Shown here in pieces: positions 50,857-60,941 of a DNA stretch of 64,000 nucleotides (positions are counted from its first letter, which is position 1; every line of letters starts with the position of its first letter). A model generated the notes under the pieces. That model had not been told where the DNA came from, did not search any database, and worked only from the letters and a program-made list of their open reading frames with translations. The translations under genes were made by a program, and so were the position numbers. The DNA is from Gammaproteobacteria bacterium (GTDB taxonomy: Bacteria; Pseudomonadota; Gammaproteobacteria; Eutrophobiales; Eutrophobiaceae). The stretch covers positions 2,912,001-2,976,000 of the forward strand of contig OZ244905.1 in NCBI GenBank assembly GCA_965221695.1. The letters are read 5' to 3'.

Positions 50857-51768
50857 TCAGACGCTGTGCGCCAGTTTTTTTAGCAGGTTGCGGAACCATG
50901 CGTGCCCGGCATCGTCATCCAGGTGTTTATGCCACATCTGATAGACAGGGACTGGGTGTGAAAACACAGGGTTGGGGCAGATCGCGAGGTCCATTTGCTT
51001 AGTGTAGAAATTTGCCAGTCGCTCAGGCAAGCAGGCTACCAGAGCGGTGTTGGCTACTATGCCGGGCATTGCCAACAGGTGCGACACCTCGGTAACCACT
51101 TTGCGCTCCAGCCCTTGTTTCTCAAGTTCGCGTTCTATCATTGGGATATGTGTGCGCGTGGGCCGCAACGCAACATGTTCCAGTTCCAGAAAGTCTTCTA
51201 TGGATAAGCCTCCTTTCACTTTCGGGTGCCCAGTACGGGCCACACAATAACTGCGGTCCTCGAAGGCCAGCTCCACATGGAATTGCGGGTCGTCAATTCT
51301 GACCCAGTCCCAAACGAGGTCAACCGTTCCGGATCTCATTTCAGGTGTCAGCGTTGCGCCAGGTTCAGGCAGGCAGATGACCTCCACACCGGGTGCGTTG
51401 ACGTTCAGTTCGCTGATGAGATATGGCAGAAAGTGCAACTCACCGTAATCAGTCAATGCCACGGTAAATTGGCGATGCAGGGACTCCGGACGAAACTCCA
51501 AATCGTCTTCCAACGTAGCGTCTACCAGTTTCAATGATTCCCGGATGGGCGCAGCAATTTCCAGGGCTTTTGCAGTGGGCGCAACACCCTTGGGTGTGCG
51601 TATGAATAACTCATCGCTGTACAGCGCGCGCAAACTGCCCAGGGCGTTGCTTATCGCCGGCTGCGAAACGCATAACCTTTCCGCTGCCCGTGTGATATTG
51701 CGCTCTCTCATCACCGCATCAAACACCTTGAGTAGGTTAAGGTTTACATTGCGGATACTGACTGACAT
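50857..51768 (-). CDS. LysR-type regulator (NodD/NahR/DntR-like)
   Basis: NLNLLKVFDAVMRERNITRAAERL.VSQPAISNAL HTH; WH...D.GH.WFR C-terminus. Confidence 0.93.
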   Translation of the reverse strand: MSVSIRNVNLNLLKVFDAVMRERNITRAAERLCVSQPAISNALGSLRALYSDELFIRTPKGVAPTAKALEIAAPIRESLKLVDATLEDDLEFRPESLHRQFTVALTDYGELHFLPYLISELNVNAPGVEVICLPEPGATLTPEMRSGTVDLVWDWVRIDDPQFHVELAFEDRSYCVARTGHPKVKGGLSIEDFLELEHVALRPTRTHIPMIERELEKQGLERKVVTEVSHLLAMPGIVANTALVACLPERLANFYTKQMDLAICPNPVFSHPVPVYQMWHKHLDDDAGHAWFRNLLKKLAHSV

Positions 51769-51978
51769 GTGTTGTGTGCCCTGAAGATCATTACGCGCAG
51801 ATAGCTGATTGTGGCTGGATTGTCGGTAATTTTCAAGGTCGGGTAGGTATCCCGATTTCATGCGATGTCTTTGTTTATTTCATGATGGTCATTTTATGGG
51901 TGTCTTGATTTTGTGTTGTTGCGGCGATCGGCTTTGTTAAATTGCCTGGCTTGGTGCAATATATGAGCTTTGTTAAAT

Positions 51979-52135
51979 TAAGGAAACTCTGAACAAGTCC
52001 ATCCTGGACTTGTCAGAGTACGGAAAACAAAAATGCGATTTTTGTTTTCCTCACAATATCAATGCCTTACAGTCATTGATATTGACGATACATCCTTGTA
52101 CCGTAGGAACCTCTGACTTAATCAGAGGTTCCTTA
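51979..52135. mobile_element. MITE with IS5-like ends directly upstream of argS
   Basis: TAAGGAAACTCTGAACAAGTC ... GACTTAATCAGAGGTTCCTTA imperfect 21-bp IRs; internal hairpins; related remnants near 41378 and 59162. Confidence 0.7.
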
Positions 52136-52146
52136 AGGAAGATTGA

Positions 52147-53982
52147 ATGAGTTTTGTTGAAGCGATAAGGCGTTTGTTGAACAAGGCCGTTGCAGACTGT
52201 TTTTCGGGTTCGGAGCCGGCATTTGACTGCCAGGTGGCGCCGTGCCAGGACAGGAAGTTCGGTGATTACCAGTCCAATCTGGCGTTCCTGTTGGCTAAAC
52301 GCGAGAAGACCAGTCCGCGCAATATTGCCGAAACGGTTGTCGAAGCTGTTCGCAAAGAGATGGAAGCGGTTCCCGCTGCTGACGAAGAGAATGCCGGTGG
52401 CGGTACGTTAGTTGCATCGGCGCTGGTGGAGACTATTGAGATCGCCGGGCCGGGGTTCATCAATATCCGTATAAAAAACACTGCGCTGCTCTCCGAACTG
52501 GTTCATACACAGACTGACCCGCGCTGCGGCGTGGCGCGCACGGCGAGCCCGCAACGCATCGTGGTGGACTATTCCAGTCCGAACCTGGCCAAGGATCTGC
52601 ATGTGGGCACCATGCGCTCAACGGTCATCGGCGACTCGATTGCCAGGGCGCTGGAATTCCTGGGCCATGAGGTACTGCGTCAGAACCATTACGGGGACTG
52701 GGGCGCCAATTTTGGCGTGCTGGTTGCGATGATCAAACAGGAGTACGGTTCCGACCTGGACGGCTTGAAGGCCGCGCCCCTGGAAGCGGTGGAAGAACTG
52801 TACACCAGGGCAAGCGCGTTGAAGACATCCAGTGAAGAATTTGCAGCCAGGGCTGCCGCGGAGGTGAACAGGCTGCAGGCCGGCAATGCGGAATCACTAG
52901 CCGTCTGGCAAGTGTTGATGGACAAGACCCTGGACAACTGTCATGCGTTGTATAAGGACTTCAATGTCAGCCTCGATGCGTCCCACGACTGCCCGGAAAG
53001 CTTCTACCGGGATGATTTGCCCGGTGTGGTCAATGAGTTGTCCGAAAAAAACCTGCTGGTTGAGGACAATAACGCGATGTGTGCGTACCTGGACGGGTTC
53101 CAAAACGTTGACGGCGACCCGCTCCCGGTGATCGTGCAGAAAAGTGATGAGGGATATAACTATTCCACCACGGAGCTGGCCGGGATCAAGCACCGGGTCG
53201 AGCGTTTACAGGCGCGCCAGATTATCGTCGTCACCGATCGCGGCCAGGAACTGCATTTTCGCATGATTCGGGCGCTCGCCGAAAAAGCGGGCTGGCTGCC
53301 CGACGGCGTGCGCTTGAGACACTTGGGGTACGGCGTGATATTGCAGGAGATCACGGAAGACGAGCAGACCAGGAAGACCCGGTTCAGGACTCGGAGTGGT
53401 GGCACCGTGAAGATCAGGGAGTTGCTGGCGGAGGGACGCCGCCGCAGCGAAAAGCTGACGCTGGAACGCAATCCGGATCTCACTGCGGATGAACTGGACG
53501 GGATAGCCGCAAAGCTGACCATCGCCGCGCTCAAATACGCTGACCTGAGACAGCGTCCGGAGTCGGATTACACCTTCAACTGGGACCAGATGCTTGCGAA
53601 CCAGGGCAATACGGGTATCTATATCCTTTACAGTTATGTGCGCATTGCCAGCTTGTTCAGGAAAGCCGAACTGGATTTGGTCTCGCCGCCGGCAGACCTC
53701 GGCCCGGCTGTCATCTCCAATGAACTGGAGCGGGAACTCCTGCTGCGGGTGGTTTCCTTCCCCGAACTTTTTTCCGGTTATGAAGAGGAACTGACGTCAC
53801 ACAACATATGCAGTTACCTGTATGAACTGGCCGGCTGCTACAGCCGCTTCTGGAAAGATTGCCCCATTCTCACGGCGCCGGAAGAGCAGAAGCGCTCACG
53901 GCTGGTATTGAGCCGGGCCGTGGCCGCCCGCCTGAAACTCGGCTTATCGCTACTGGGCATTATGGTAGTGGAGAAGATGTAA
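52147..53982 (+). CDS. argS: arginine--tRNA ligase
   Basis: FGDYQSN, IAGPGFIN, DYSSPNLAK.LHVG, NHYGDWG, KYADL, GNTGIYILY, LLGI..VEKM. Confidence 0.95.
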   Translation: MSFVEAIRRLLNKAVADCFSGSEPAFDCQVAPCQDRKFGDYQSNLAFLLAKREKTSPRNIAETVVEAVRKEMEAVPAADEENAGGGTLVASALVETIEIAGPGFINIRIKNTALLSELVHTQTDPRCGVARTASPQRIVVDYSSPNLAKDLHVGTMRSTVIGDSIARALEFLGHEVLRQNHYGDWGANFGVLVAMIKQEYGSDLDGLKAAPLEAVEELYTRASALKTSSEEFAARAAAEVNRLQAGNAESLAVWQVLMDKTLDNCHALYKDFNVSLDASHDCPESFYRDDLPGVVNELSEKNLLVEDNNAMCAYLDGFQNVDGDPLPVIVQKSDEGYNYSTTELAGIKHRVERLQARQIIVVTDRGQELHFRMIRALAEKAGWLPDGVRLRHLGYGVILQEITEDEQTRKTRFRTRSGGTVKIRELLAEGRRRSEKLTLERNPDLTADELDGIAAKLTIAALKYADLRQRPESDYTFNWDQMLANQGNTGIYILYSYVRIASLFRKAELDLVSPPADLGPAVISNELERELLLRVVSFPELFSGYEEELTSHNICSYLYELAGCYSRFWKDCPILTAPEEQKRSRLVLSRAVAARLKLGLSLLGIMVVEKM

Positions 53983-53992
53983 ATTTTTGCAA

Positions 53993-54859
53993 TCAGCGCT
54001 TCTTGAGTTGCGTCAGGGCTTCGTTTGTGTAGGTGATTTCGTACCTGCTTTTTAATTCTTCGAGCAGGTCTTTTTCTGTCTGTTTGAAGCGGTCTCTTTG
54101 CCAGTCCTGTAATACCCGGGGTCTGCTTTCGTTGAACGGGATCGGTTCGGCATGATGTATTTCGTACAGGAAGACCAGGTGGTATCCGTAGCCGGACGGG
54201 ACCGGGCCTTGCCAGCTACCGGTATCCAGCGCTAACAGGCTGGTGGCGAAATCCTCGCCGAACAGCCTGCCCAGTTGCGATCGGCCGATGTCGATGAAGT
54301 CGCGAGGCAGCATGAACGCATCTCCGATGTCTTCCCAGGCGGCCTCATCAGAACCCTCCAGGCGGGACAACAGCGCAGCGGCGTCTTCTCTTGGGTTACC
54401 GCCGGGACGGTCATGGCTGAAATAGATATGCCTGAACCCAAGCCTGGGTTCGGTGCGGTACAGTTCAGGGTGGGCATCGTACCAGGCCCGGAGTTCGGCT
54501 TCATTCGGCTCGGCCTGCTGCGCCGCGCTTTCGGCCAGCAGGCTCATCTTCTGCGCCAGGCGGCGCCGGATGATCGGGTCGTCCAGTTCCAGCCCCAGCG
54601 CTCTGGCTTCCCTGGAGAACAGTTCTTCAAACAGAAAGTCCGACAGCAGGCTGTCCAGTTCCTCCGGCGATGGCTCACGGTCCGCGCGCAACAACCAGCC
54701 GGACTTCAGACGTTCGATGACGCCGGCGTCAACGATGATCAGTCGCTCTGCGCTGTCATCCGGGCCAACCAGCGCGTACAGGAAAAAAATCAGGCCGCCG
54801 GCCAGAAAAAAATGCGCCAGCGGTTCATGCAGGAATTTATTCAGCAAACGAAGGCGCAT
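53993..54859 (-). CDS. PpiC/rotamase-type peptidyl-prolyl isomerase domain protein
   Basis: EPLAHF, REARALGL..DDPIIRRRLAQKM, WQGPVPSGYGYHLV. Confidence 0.85.
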   Translation of the reverse strand: MRLRLLNKFLHEPLAHFFLAGGLIFFLYALVGPDDSAERLIIVDAGVIERLKSGWLLRADREPSPEELDSLLSDFLFEELFSREARALGLELDDPIIRRRLAQKMSLLAESAAQQAEPNEAELRAWYDAHPELYRTEPRLGFRHIYFSHDRPGGNPREDAAALLSRLEGSDEAAWEDIGDAFMLPRDFIDIGRSQLGRLFGEDFATSLLALDTGSWQGPVPSGYGYHLVFLYEIHHAEPIPFNESRPRVLQDWQRDRFKQTEKDLLEELKSRYEITYTNEALTQLKKR

Positions 54860-54946
54860 CAAGCGCAATGTATAATGGCAACATACTCGACAGATTACCA
54901 TAACTCATAGTCAGCAAACATCTATCCGATGCTGACAAGCGAATTG
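54853..54946. repeat. partial copy of the 7396-7786 MITE
   Basis: ~94 bp nearly identical to 7677-7770. Confidence 0.88.
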
Positions 54947-54988
54947 TTATAATATCCCTGCCCTTTACCACTAAGCATTGGAAATACC

Positions 54989-57157
54989 TTGATGAACGAA
55001 AGAGTTGAACAATACGGACTATCGATAGCAAAACAACTGTACGACCTGGTCAATGACGAGATCATACCGGGTACCGGCGTGGAGCCGGAGCGATTCTGGA
55101 AGGAAATGGCCGGAATCGTTGCCGATCTCGGCCCGAAAAACCGCGCGTTGCTGAACCGGCGCAACGAACTCCAGGACCGGATCGATCAATGGCACCGAGC
55201 CAACCCGGAAATCAGCGGTGCGGAGTACAAGGCCTTCTTAGAAGAGATAGGCTATATCAAGCCGGAGGGCAAGCCATTCAAGGTCAGCGTCACCAATGCC
55301 GACGCCGAGATAACCCGAATCGCGGGGCCGCAACTGGTGGTGCCGGTAGACAACTCCCGTTATGCCCTGAATGCGGCAAACGCCCGCTGGGGCAGCCTGT
55401 ACGACGCACTGTACAGTACCGACGTAATCCCGGAGACCGAGGGCTGCAAGCGCGGCGCCAGGTACAATCCCGTGCGCGGTCGCCGAGTCATCGACTATGC
55501 GCGCCGTTTCCTGGACCGGGCAACACCCATGGCCGTGGGCAGCCATGACTACGTGGTGAAGTACAAGGTAAAAGCGGGCCAGTTGGTCGGTATCATGGGC
55601 GACGGCAGCGAGTACGGCCTGGGTAAGCGGGAGCGCTTTGCCGGATACACCGGCGATCCGGACAACCCGGACAGCATACTGTTGCGCCATAATGCGCTGC
55701 ATATCGAGCTCAAGCTGGGGGAAGGTTACTATATCGGCCGCAATGACCTGGCCGGCATTTACGACATCCAGTTGGAATCAGCAGTCAGCGCCATCATGGA
55801 TTGCGAGGATTCAGTGGCCGCAGTGGACGCCGACGACAAGGTGGCGGTCTACCGGAACTGGCTGGGTCTGATGAAAGGCGACCTGACCCGAACGGTGGTA
55901 AAGGACGGCGAGGCTATCGAGCGCACCCTGAATGAAGACCGCAAGTACAAGACGCCGGGCGGCAGGGCGCTGACGTTGCAAGGCCGCGCCCTGATGCTGC
56001 TGCGCAACGTTGGCCTGCACATGTACACCGATGCCGTGACCACGGCTGCCGGCGAGAATATCCCGGAAGGGTTTCTCGATGCGATGGTGACCACGCTGGC
56101 GGCAAAGCATGACCTGCTGGGCAACGGCAGGTTCAGGAACAGCCGCACCGGCTCCATCTACATCGTCAAGCCGAAACTGCACGGTCCGGATGAGGCGGCC
56201 GCCACCGTGGAACTGTTCGAACGGGTGGAAGACGCGTTGGGCCTGGAGCGGCTGACCCTGAAGATCGGCATAATGGATGAGGAACGCAGGACCACGGTCA
56301 ACCTGAAAGAGTGTATTCGCGCCGCGGAAAATCGGGTGATCTTTATCAATACCGGATTTCTTGACCGCACTGCCGATGAAATCCATACGAGCATGGAAGC
56401 CGGCCCGATGATGCCCAAGGCCAGGTTGAAGACCGCGCCGTGGCTGCTGGCCTATGAAGACTGGAACGTGGATATCGGCATGGTCACCGGATTGCCCAGG
56501 CATGCGCAAATCGGCAAAGGCATGTGGCCTGAACCGGACAATATGGCAGCCATGATGGACGTCAAAGTGAACCATCCCCGCGCCGGGGCCACCAGCGCCT
56601 GGGTGCCGTCACCGACCGCCGCTACGCTACATGCGATGCATTACCACCGCATCAACGTCGGCACCCGCCAACGCGAACTTATCCGCTTGAGCCGCGTCAA
56701 ACCGGATGATCTGTTGCAGGTCCCGCTGCTGGACGGGAACGCGCTCAACGACTTCGAGATCCGGCGGGAACTTGAAAACAATGCCCAGGGCATACTGGGC
56801 TACGTGGTGCGCTGGATTGAGCATGGAATCGGGTGTTCCAAGGTGCCTGACGTTAACAACGTCAACCTGATGGAGGACCGGGCAACCCTGCGTATTTCCA
56901 GCCAGCACATTGCCAACTGGCTGCACCATGGCCTCGTCACCAGGGACCAGGTGGTGGATGCCTTCAGGAAGATGGCGCCACTGGTGGATTACCAGAATGC
57001 CGAAGACCCTGATTACGTGAACATGGCCCCTGATTTTAACAGCAGCCTCCCGTTCCAGGCGGCGCTGGACCTGGTGTTCTGCGGCCGCGAGGAACCGAAC
57101 GGCTACACGGAACGGGTATTGCACCTACGCCGGCGCGAGTACAAGCGCGGGAAGTAA
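54989..57157 (+). CDS. glcB: malate synthase G
   Basis: [55 protein letters not shown]. Confidence 0.97.
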   Translation: MMNERVEQYGLSIAKQLYDLVNDEIIPGTGVEPERFWKEMAGIVADLGPKNRALLNRRNELQDRIDQWHRANPEISGAEYKAFLEEIGYIKPEGKPFKVSVTNADAEITRIAGPQLVVPVDNSRYALNAANARWGSLYDALYSTDVIPETEGCKRGARYNPVRGRRVIDYARRFLDRATPMAVGSHDYVVKYKVKAGQLVGIMGDGSEYGLGKRERFAGYTGDPDNPDSILLRHNALHIELKLGEGYYIGRNDLAGIYDIQLESAVSAIMDCEDSVAAVDADDKVAVYRNWLGLMKGDLTRTVVKDGEAIERTLNEDRKYKTPGGRALTLQGRALMLLRNVGLHMYTDAVTTAAGENIPEGFLDAMVTTLAAKHDLLGNGRFRNSRTGSIYIVKPKLHGPDEAAATVELFERVEDALGLERLTLKIGIMDEERRTTVNLKECIRAAENRVIFINTGFLDRTADEIHTSMEAGPMMPKARLKTAPWLLAYEDWNVDIGMVTGLPRHAQIGKGMWPEPDNMAAMMDVKVNHPRAGATSAWVPSPTAATLHAMHYHRINVGTRQRELIRLSRVKPDDLLQVPLLDGNALNDFEIRRELENNAQGILGYVVRWIEHGIGCSKVPDVNNVNLMEDRATLRISSQHIANWLHHGLVTRDQVVDAFRKMAPLVDYQNAEDPDYVNMAPDFNSSLPFQAALDLVFCGREEPNGYTERVLHLRRREYKRGK

Positions 57158-57385
57158 CATTATTGCTTAATCTCCTCAGGGCAAGCGCATAGTATTGTAT
57201 TACTGCTTTTTTTGGGGGCGCGGGCGAGACGCCTCGCTCCCGGGGTGTGATGCCTGGATCGGCATGGCAGAGACCAGGAAGCAAAGTACTAGCACAGATA
57301 ATCTGCATTGGTCTGTGAAAAAATTTTGCACTGCACAAAAAATAGGTTACAATTTGGTTAATATATTTAACCTGGTAATTTATCT

Positions 57386-58201
57386 ATGCAGATTCAAGAC
57401 AGAGTTGCTGTTGTAACTGGTGGCGCCAGCGGTATCGGTCGCGCCGTTTCCCTGGAACTGGCCCGCAGAGGCATCAAAAAAATTGCGCTGGTGGATCAAT
57501 CCGAGCAGACGGATATTGCCGCAGAGCAGATCAACAATGAAATCACCCGTGACATTGCCGTTGCCTATCGCGGTGACGTAACCGATGAAGCGTTCCGTAC
57601 CCGAATTTTTGATGATGTGGGCGAGAAGTACGGGATCGCCAGTATTTGCGTGCCTGCCGCCGGTATTACCCTGGATGCGCTGGCAGTGAAGATCAATAAG
57701 GAAACGGGAAAGGCGGAGATCTATCCCCAGGAGAAATTCAGGCGGGTTACGGAGATTAACCTGGTTGCCCCGGTATACTGGGCAATGGAGATGATTGCGC
57801 GCATCGCCCAGGACCGCTACCTGCGCGGCCTGAAAAAATGGCATCCCAGCGAGAGTGTGCAGGGCACCGTGATCTTCATCGGTTCCGTGTCATCCCAGGG
57901 TGTCAAAGGCCAGGTGGCTTATGCATCAACCAAGGCAGGTCTGGAAGGCGCTGCGGCCACCTTGATGAAGGAGTCGATATATTACGGCGTGCGCTGCGGC
58001 GTGATCCACCCCGGATTTACCGATACTCCGATGGTACGGGCATTGGGGGACGAATATATCGAGAGCCATATCCTGCCGGATACTCAGATAAGCAGGTTAA
58101 TTCGCCCGGACGAGATCGCGGACGCGATCTGTTTTATGATTTCGAACTCCATCGTGTCGGGCGAGTTGTGGGCGGACGCCGGCTGGCATCCTTCCGCGTA
58201 A
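57386..58201 (+). CDS. SDR oxidoreductase (FabG-like)
   Basis: TGGASGIG, GQVAYASTK, PGFTDTPM. Confidence 0.9.
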   Translation: MQIQDRVAVVTGGASGIGRAVSLELARRGIKKIALVDQSEQTDIAAEQINNEITRDIAVAYRGDVTDEAFRTRIFDDVGEKYGIASICVPAAGITLDALAVKINKETGKAEIYPQEKFRRVTEINLVAPVYWAMEMIARIAQDRYLRGLKKWHPSESVQGTVIFIGSVSSQGVKGQVAYASTKAGLEGAAATLMKESIYYGVRCGVIHPGFTDTPMVRALGDEYIESHILPDTQISRLIRPDEIADAICFMISNSIVSGELWADAGWHPSA

Positions 58202-58206
58202 AAGAA

Positions 58207-58300
58207 GAGTCGCCCTCCGGGCGACCAAAATTTGACTGGACTCCCGCTACTCAGCCAGCCCCTGTATGGCGTTGAGCAGGGGCGGGAGTGGTACGGTGGC
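58207..58300. repeat. REP-family copy with loop insertion
   Basis: GAGTCGCCCTCCGGGCGAC + GACTGGACTCCCGC-insert-GCGGGAGTGGTACGG. Confidence 0.85.
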
Positions 58301-58364
58301 CTGGCTTGGTTGATGCCAACCGCGATAGATGCTGCCAGGTGGGCAGCGCCTTGATTATGAGGCT

Positions 58365-59141
58365 TTAATCTATAACCAGGATTGGTTCGTCTTCCAGTCC
58401 GGTTTCGAAAATGTCGTCATAACCCTCTGACGGGGGGTTACCGTCATGGATGAGGTACCTGCGCTGCTGCAGGTAGGCTTCACGGGTAAAAGCGTAAGGA
58501 TCGATGGACGCCTCATTTACGAACTCTGACGCTTCGAGCAGGTTTGCCCGTTCATTGACCAGGTTCAGGAACGTGACCGGAAACAGGTAAAGCGTCGAAA
58601 CATACGTTAACGGGTTGGAAAAGTAACTGCCCGCCAGATCCGGGCTGTTACGCGCGGTGTACGGTCCAAGAAAAGGCAGGTACAGATAAGCCCCCTGGTC
58701 CACTCCCCAGGTCGCGAGGGTCTGACCAAGGTCTTCCTCATGTTCCTCCAGCCCCATGTCCGTGGCAACATCGAACAGTCCGCCAATTCCGACTGTGGAG
58801 TTGACGACGAAACGGGTTACATCGGATAACCCCTGGCCGAGTTTCCCCTGCAGGAACGAGTGCAGGATAACGTTCAGGTATTCAAGATTGTCGAAAAAAT
58901 TAGTAACGCTGTTACGTACCGGTTCCGGCGTGGCTTTCACATAGTTTTCTGCGATGGGTGTCATGATATGCCGATCAAGCGTGTCGTTGAAGCGGTAGAA
59001 CGCCCGGTTTGTGTCTTCATACGGATCAGGGTTGATTTCCCCGTCAATAGTTTCAGTGCTGGCGCAGCCAGTGAGCAAGGCCGCCGCAAGGAGCGCCGCG
59101 GGCAAGGAAAATGGACTGTTCGCGCTGGTTCTATGTGTCAT
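58365..59141 (-). CDS. mlaA: VacJ/MlaA family lipoprotein
   Basis: lipobox LLTGC, DPYE..NR, RFVVNSTVGIGGLFDVA, EDLGQTL, YLQQR. Confidence 0.92.
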   Translation of the reverse strand: MTHRTSANSPFSLPAALLAAALLTGCASTETIDGEINPDPYEDTNRAFYRFNDTLDRHIMTPIAENYVKATPEPVRNSVTNFFDNLEYLNVILHSFLQGKLGQGLSDVTRFVVNSTVGIGGLFDVATDMGLEEHEEDLGQTLATWGVDQGAYLYLPFLGPYTARNSPDLAGSYFSNPLTYVSTLYLFPVTFLNLVNERANLLEASEFVNEASIDPYAFTREAYLQQRRYLIHDGNPPSEGYDDIFETGLEDEPILVID

Positions 59142-59202
59142 GATGGTTGTTCTCCTTCTGCTTAGGAACCTCTGAGATTAAGTCAGAACTTCCCTTAATC
59201 AA

Positions 59203-59814
59203 CTATTCAGTATCTTTTTCCATCTTGTTAATTTTAGATAATATCTCTTTAACAAGCCCATTAAAACCTTTTTCTTTGATAACGGCAGTATATTCAGCCC
59301 GTTTCAATGATAGGTCGTTCACGCCATTGGCGCTCACGCTGATAATATACCATTTTCCATGTTTTTCGTGCAGTAGGTAATCCAGAGACACCGGATCGTC
59401 GTTCGGGCGGAGTAGCTCAGTCTTGATCAATACTCGTCCTCGCCGCAATGGCGCCTGCGAAATTTCCAGGAACTGCTCGCCGTCATAGCCGTTGAAGCGG
59501 GAAGCGTAGGTGGCTGTGCTGGAGCGGCTGAATAATCCGGCGAATTCCGTCTTCTGCGCGTCGCTGAGTTGCTCCCGGTGACGACCCAGCGCAATAGCGG
59601 CGATATATGGGATATCGAAACAGTCGTTGATATACGGTTCCAGTTCCTGGTAGCGACCCTGGTAGCCCAGTTCTTCGGCGCGCCGCATCACGTCCAGCAG
59701 CTTCTCGTGAAACCGCTGCACGGTGACGCCGGCTGCCGTGTCCGACTCTGCTGTGGCATGGCAGGACAAGAGCGCGATCAGCGCGGCACAAAGCAGGTAG
59801 CATGGCAACCGCAA
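59203..59814 (-). CDS. hpnM: HpnM / MlaC-Ttg2D family periplasmic protein
   Basis: signal peptide, ATYASRF, LDYLLH, ANGVNDLSLKRAEY; TTG start with GGAGG RBS; hpn context. Confidence 0.78.
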   Translation of the reverse strand: MRLPCYLLCAALIALLSCHATAESDTAAGVTVQRFHEKLLDVMRRAEELGYQGRYQELEPYINDCFDIPYIAAIALGRHREQLSDAQKTEFAGLFSRSSTATYASRFNGYDGEQFLEISQAPLRRGRVLIKTELLRPNDDPVSLDYLLHEKHGKWYIISVSANGVNDLSLKRAEYTAVIKEKGFNGLVKEILSKINKMEKDTE

Positions 59815-59816
59815 TG

Positions 59817-60941
59817 TTATAACCTCCCCGTGTATCTGCGTTGTTTCCAGCCGGCGCCGGCGCCGTTCCAGTGACGCCAGGCGGAACTCCAGGTCATCAG
59901 CAGGTACAGCGCGCCGGCAAACGGAAACGCCGCGCACCAGGCCGGGTTTATGCGGTAATAGCGCAGTGTGGGCAGGTAACTGGCGGTCATCAGCAGTATG
60001 CCGGCCAGGGCCGTCAGGCGGACGGCAAGGTCTGCGCTGAACAGGCCGGCCAGCGGTAATACGAAGCCGGCTGCGAGCAGCGCGGTGCACAATGCCAGCA
60101 GGATGAAGGAGTGGTGTAACTGAGTGTACGCGGTCCTGGCGACCATGTTCCAGATGCTGGCCAGCCCGTCATAGCAGCGCCGGCTCTGCGCCGAGTGGGA
60201 CAAACCAATCCAGGTGGCCAGGCCGGCATCCCTGAAGCGGCGAGCCAGCGCGCAGTCATCGATCAGCTTGTCCTTGATAGCTTCAAAACCGCCTGCCCGG
60301 ACCAGTGAATCCGTGCGTAGCAGGATGCAGCCGCCGGCCGCGGCCGCGACCACCTTCGAGCCATTGTTGGAGAGGTGAAACGGGTACAGCAACTTGAAAA
60401 AATAAACGAATGCCGGCATCAGCAGTTTTTCCCAGCGAGATTCCATGCGCAGGAACGCGAGCAACGACACCAGGTGCAAGTCATGTTCTTGCATCCTGGT
60501 CTTGAGCGCGCTGATAGTCCCCGGTTGCAGGCGGATATCGGCATCGAGCAGCAGCATGATCTTTGTGTTTACCCGTGGTAGGCCCTGGTGCAGCGCCCAC
60601 AATTTGCCGCTCCAGCCGGGTTCCAGGGCGCGGCCATTGACGATGGTCAGGTTGTCCAGGCGCATCCGCTTTGCTTCGGCCACGGTGGCATCTGTTGATT
60701 GGTCGTTGATCAGCACGATGCTGTGCCCTTGTCCTTGCGCGGCTAAGGAGTTGAGGGTTTCGGCGATGACCTCGGCCTCGTTGCGTGCCGGAATCAGTAC
60801 GGTGACATCGGACAGGTCCGTGTTCCGGTCGTCGTTACCTGCTTCCAGTGTTTCCCGGTTGCGCCAGGGCTGCCAAGGGAGCGCCAGGATACCGGTCCAG
60901 AGCATGACTCCCGGTAATACCAGCCAGAATGTGTCCGTCAA
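59817..60941 (-). CDS. hpnB: hopanoid-associated glycosyltransferase (GT2)
   Basis: IPARNE, GWSGKLWA, DADI, AAAAGGC, LIDDCALA, WNMVARTAYTQL. Confidence 0.9.
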   Translation of the reverse strand: MTDTFWLVLPGVMLWTGILALPWQPWRNRETLEAGNDDRNTDLSDVTVLIPARNEAEVIAETLNSLAAQGQGHSIVLINDQSTDATVAEAKRMRLDNLTIVNGRALEPGWSGKLWALHQGLPRVNTKIMLLLDADIRLQPGTISALKTRMQEHDLHLVSLLAFLRMESRWEKLLMPAFVYFFKLLYPFHLSNNGSKVVAAAAGGCILLRTDSLVRAGGFEAIKDKLIDDCALARRFRDAGLATWIGLSHSAQSRRCYDGLASIWNMVARTAYTQLHHSFILLALCTALLAAGFVLPLAGLFSADLAVRLTALAGILLMTASYLPTLRYYRINPAWCAAFPFAGALYLLMTWSSAWRHWNGAGAGWKQRRYTGRL

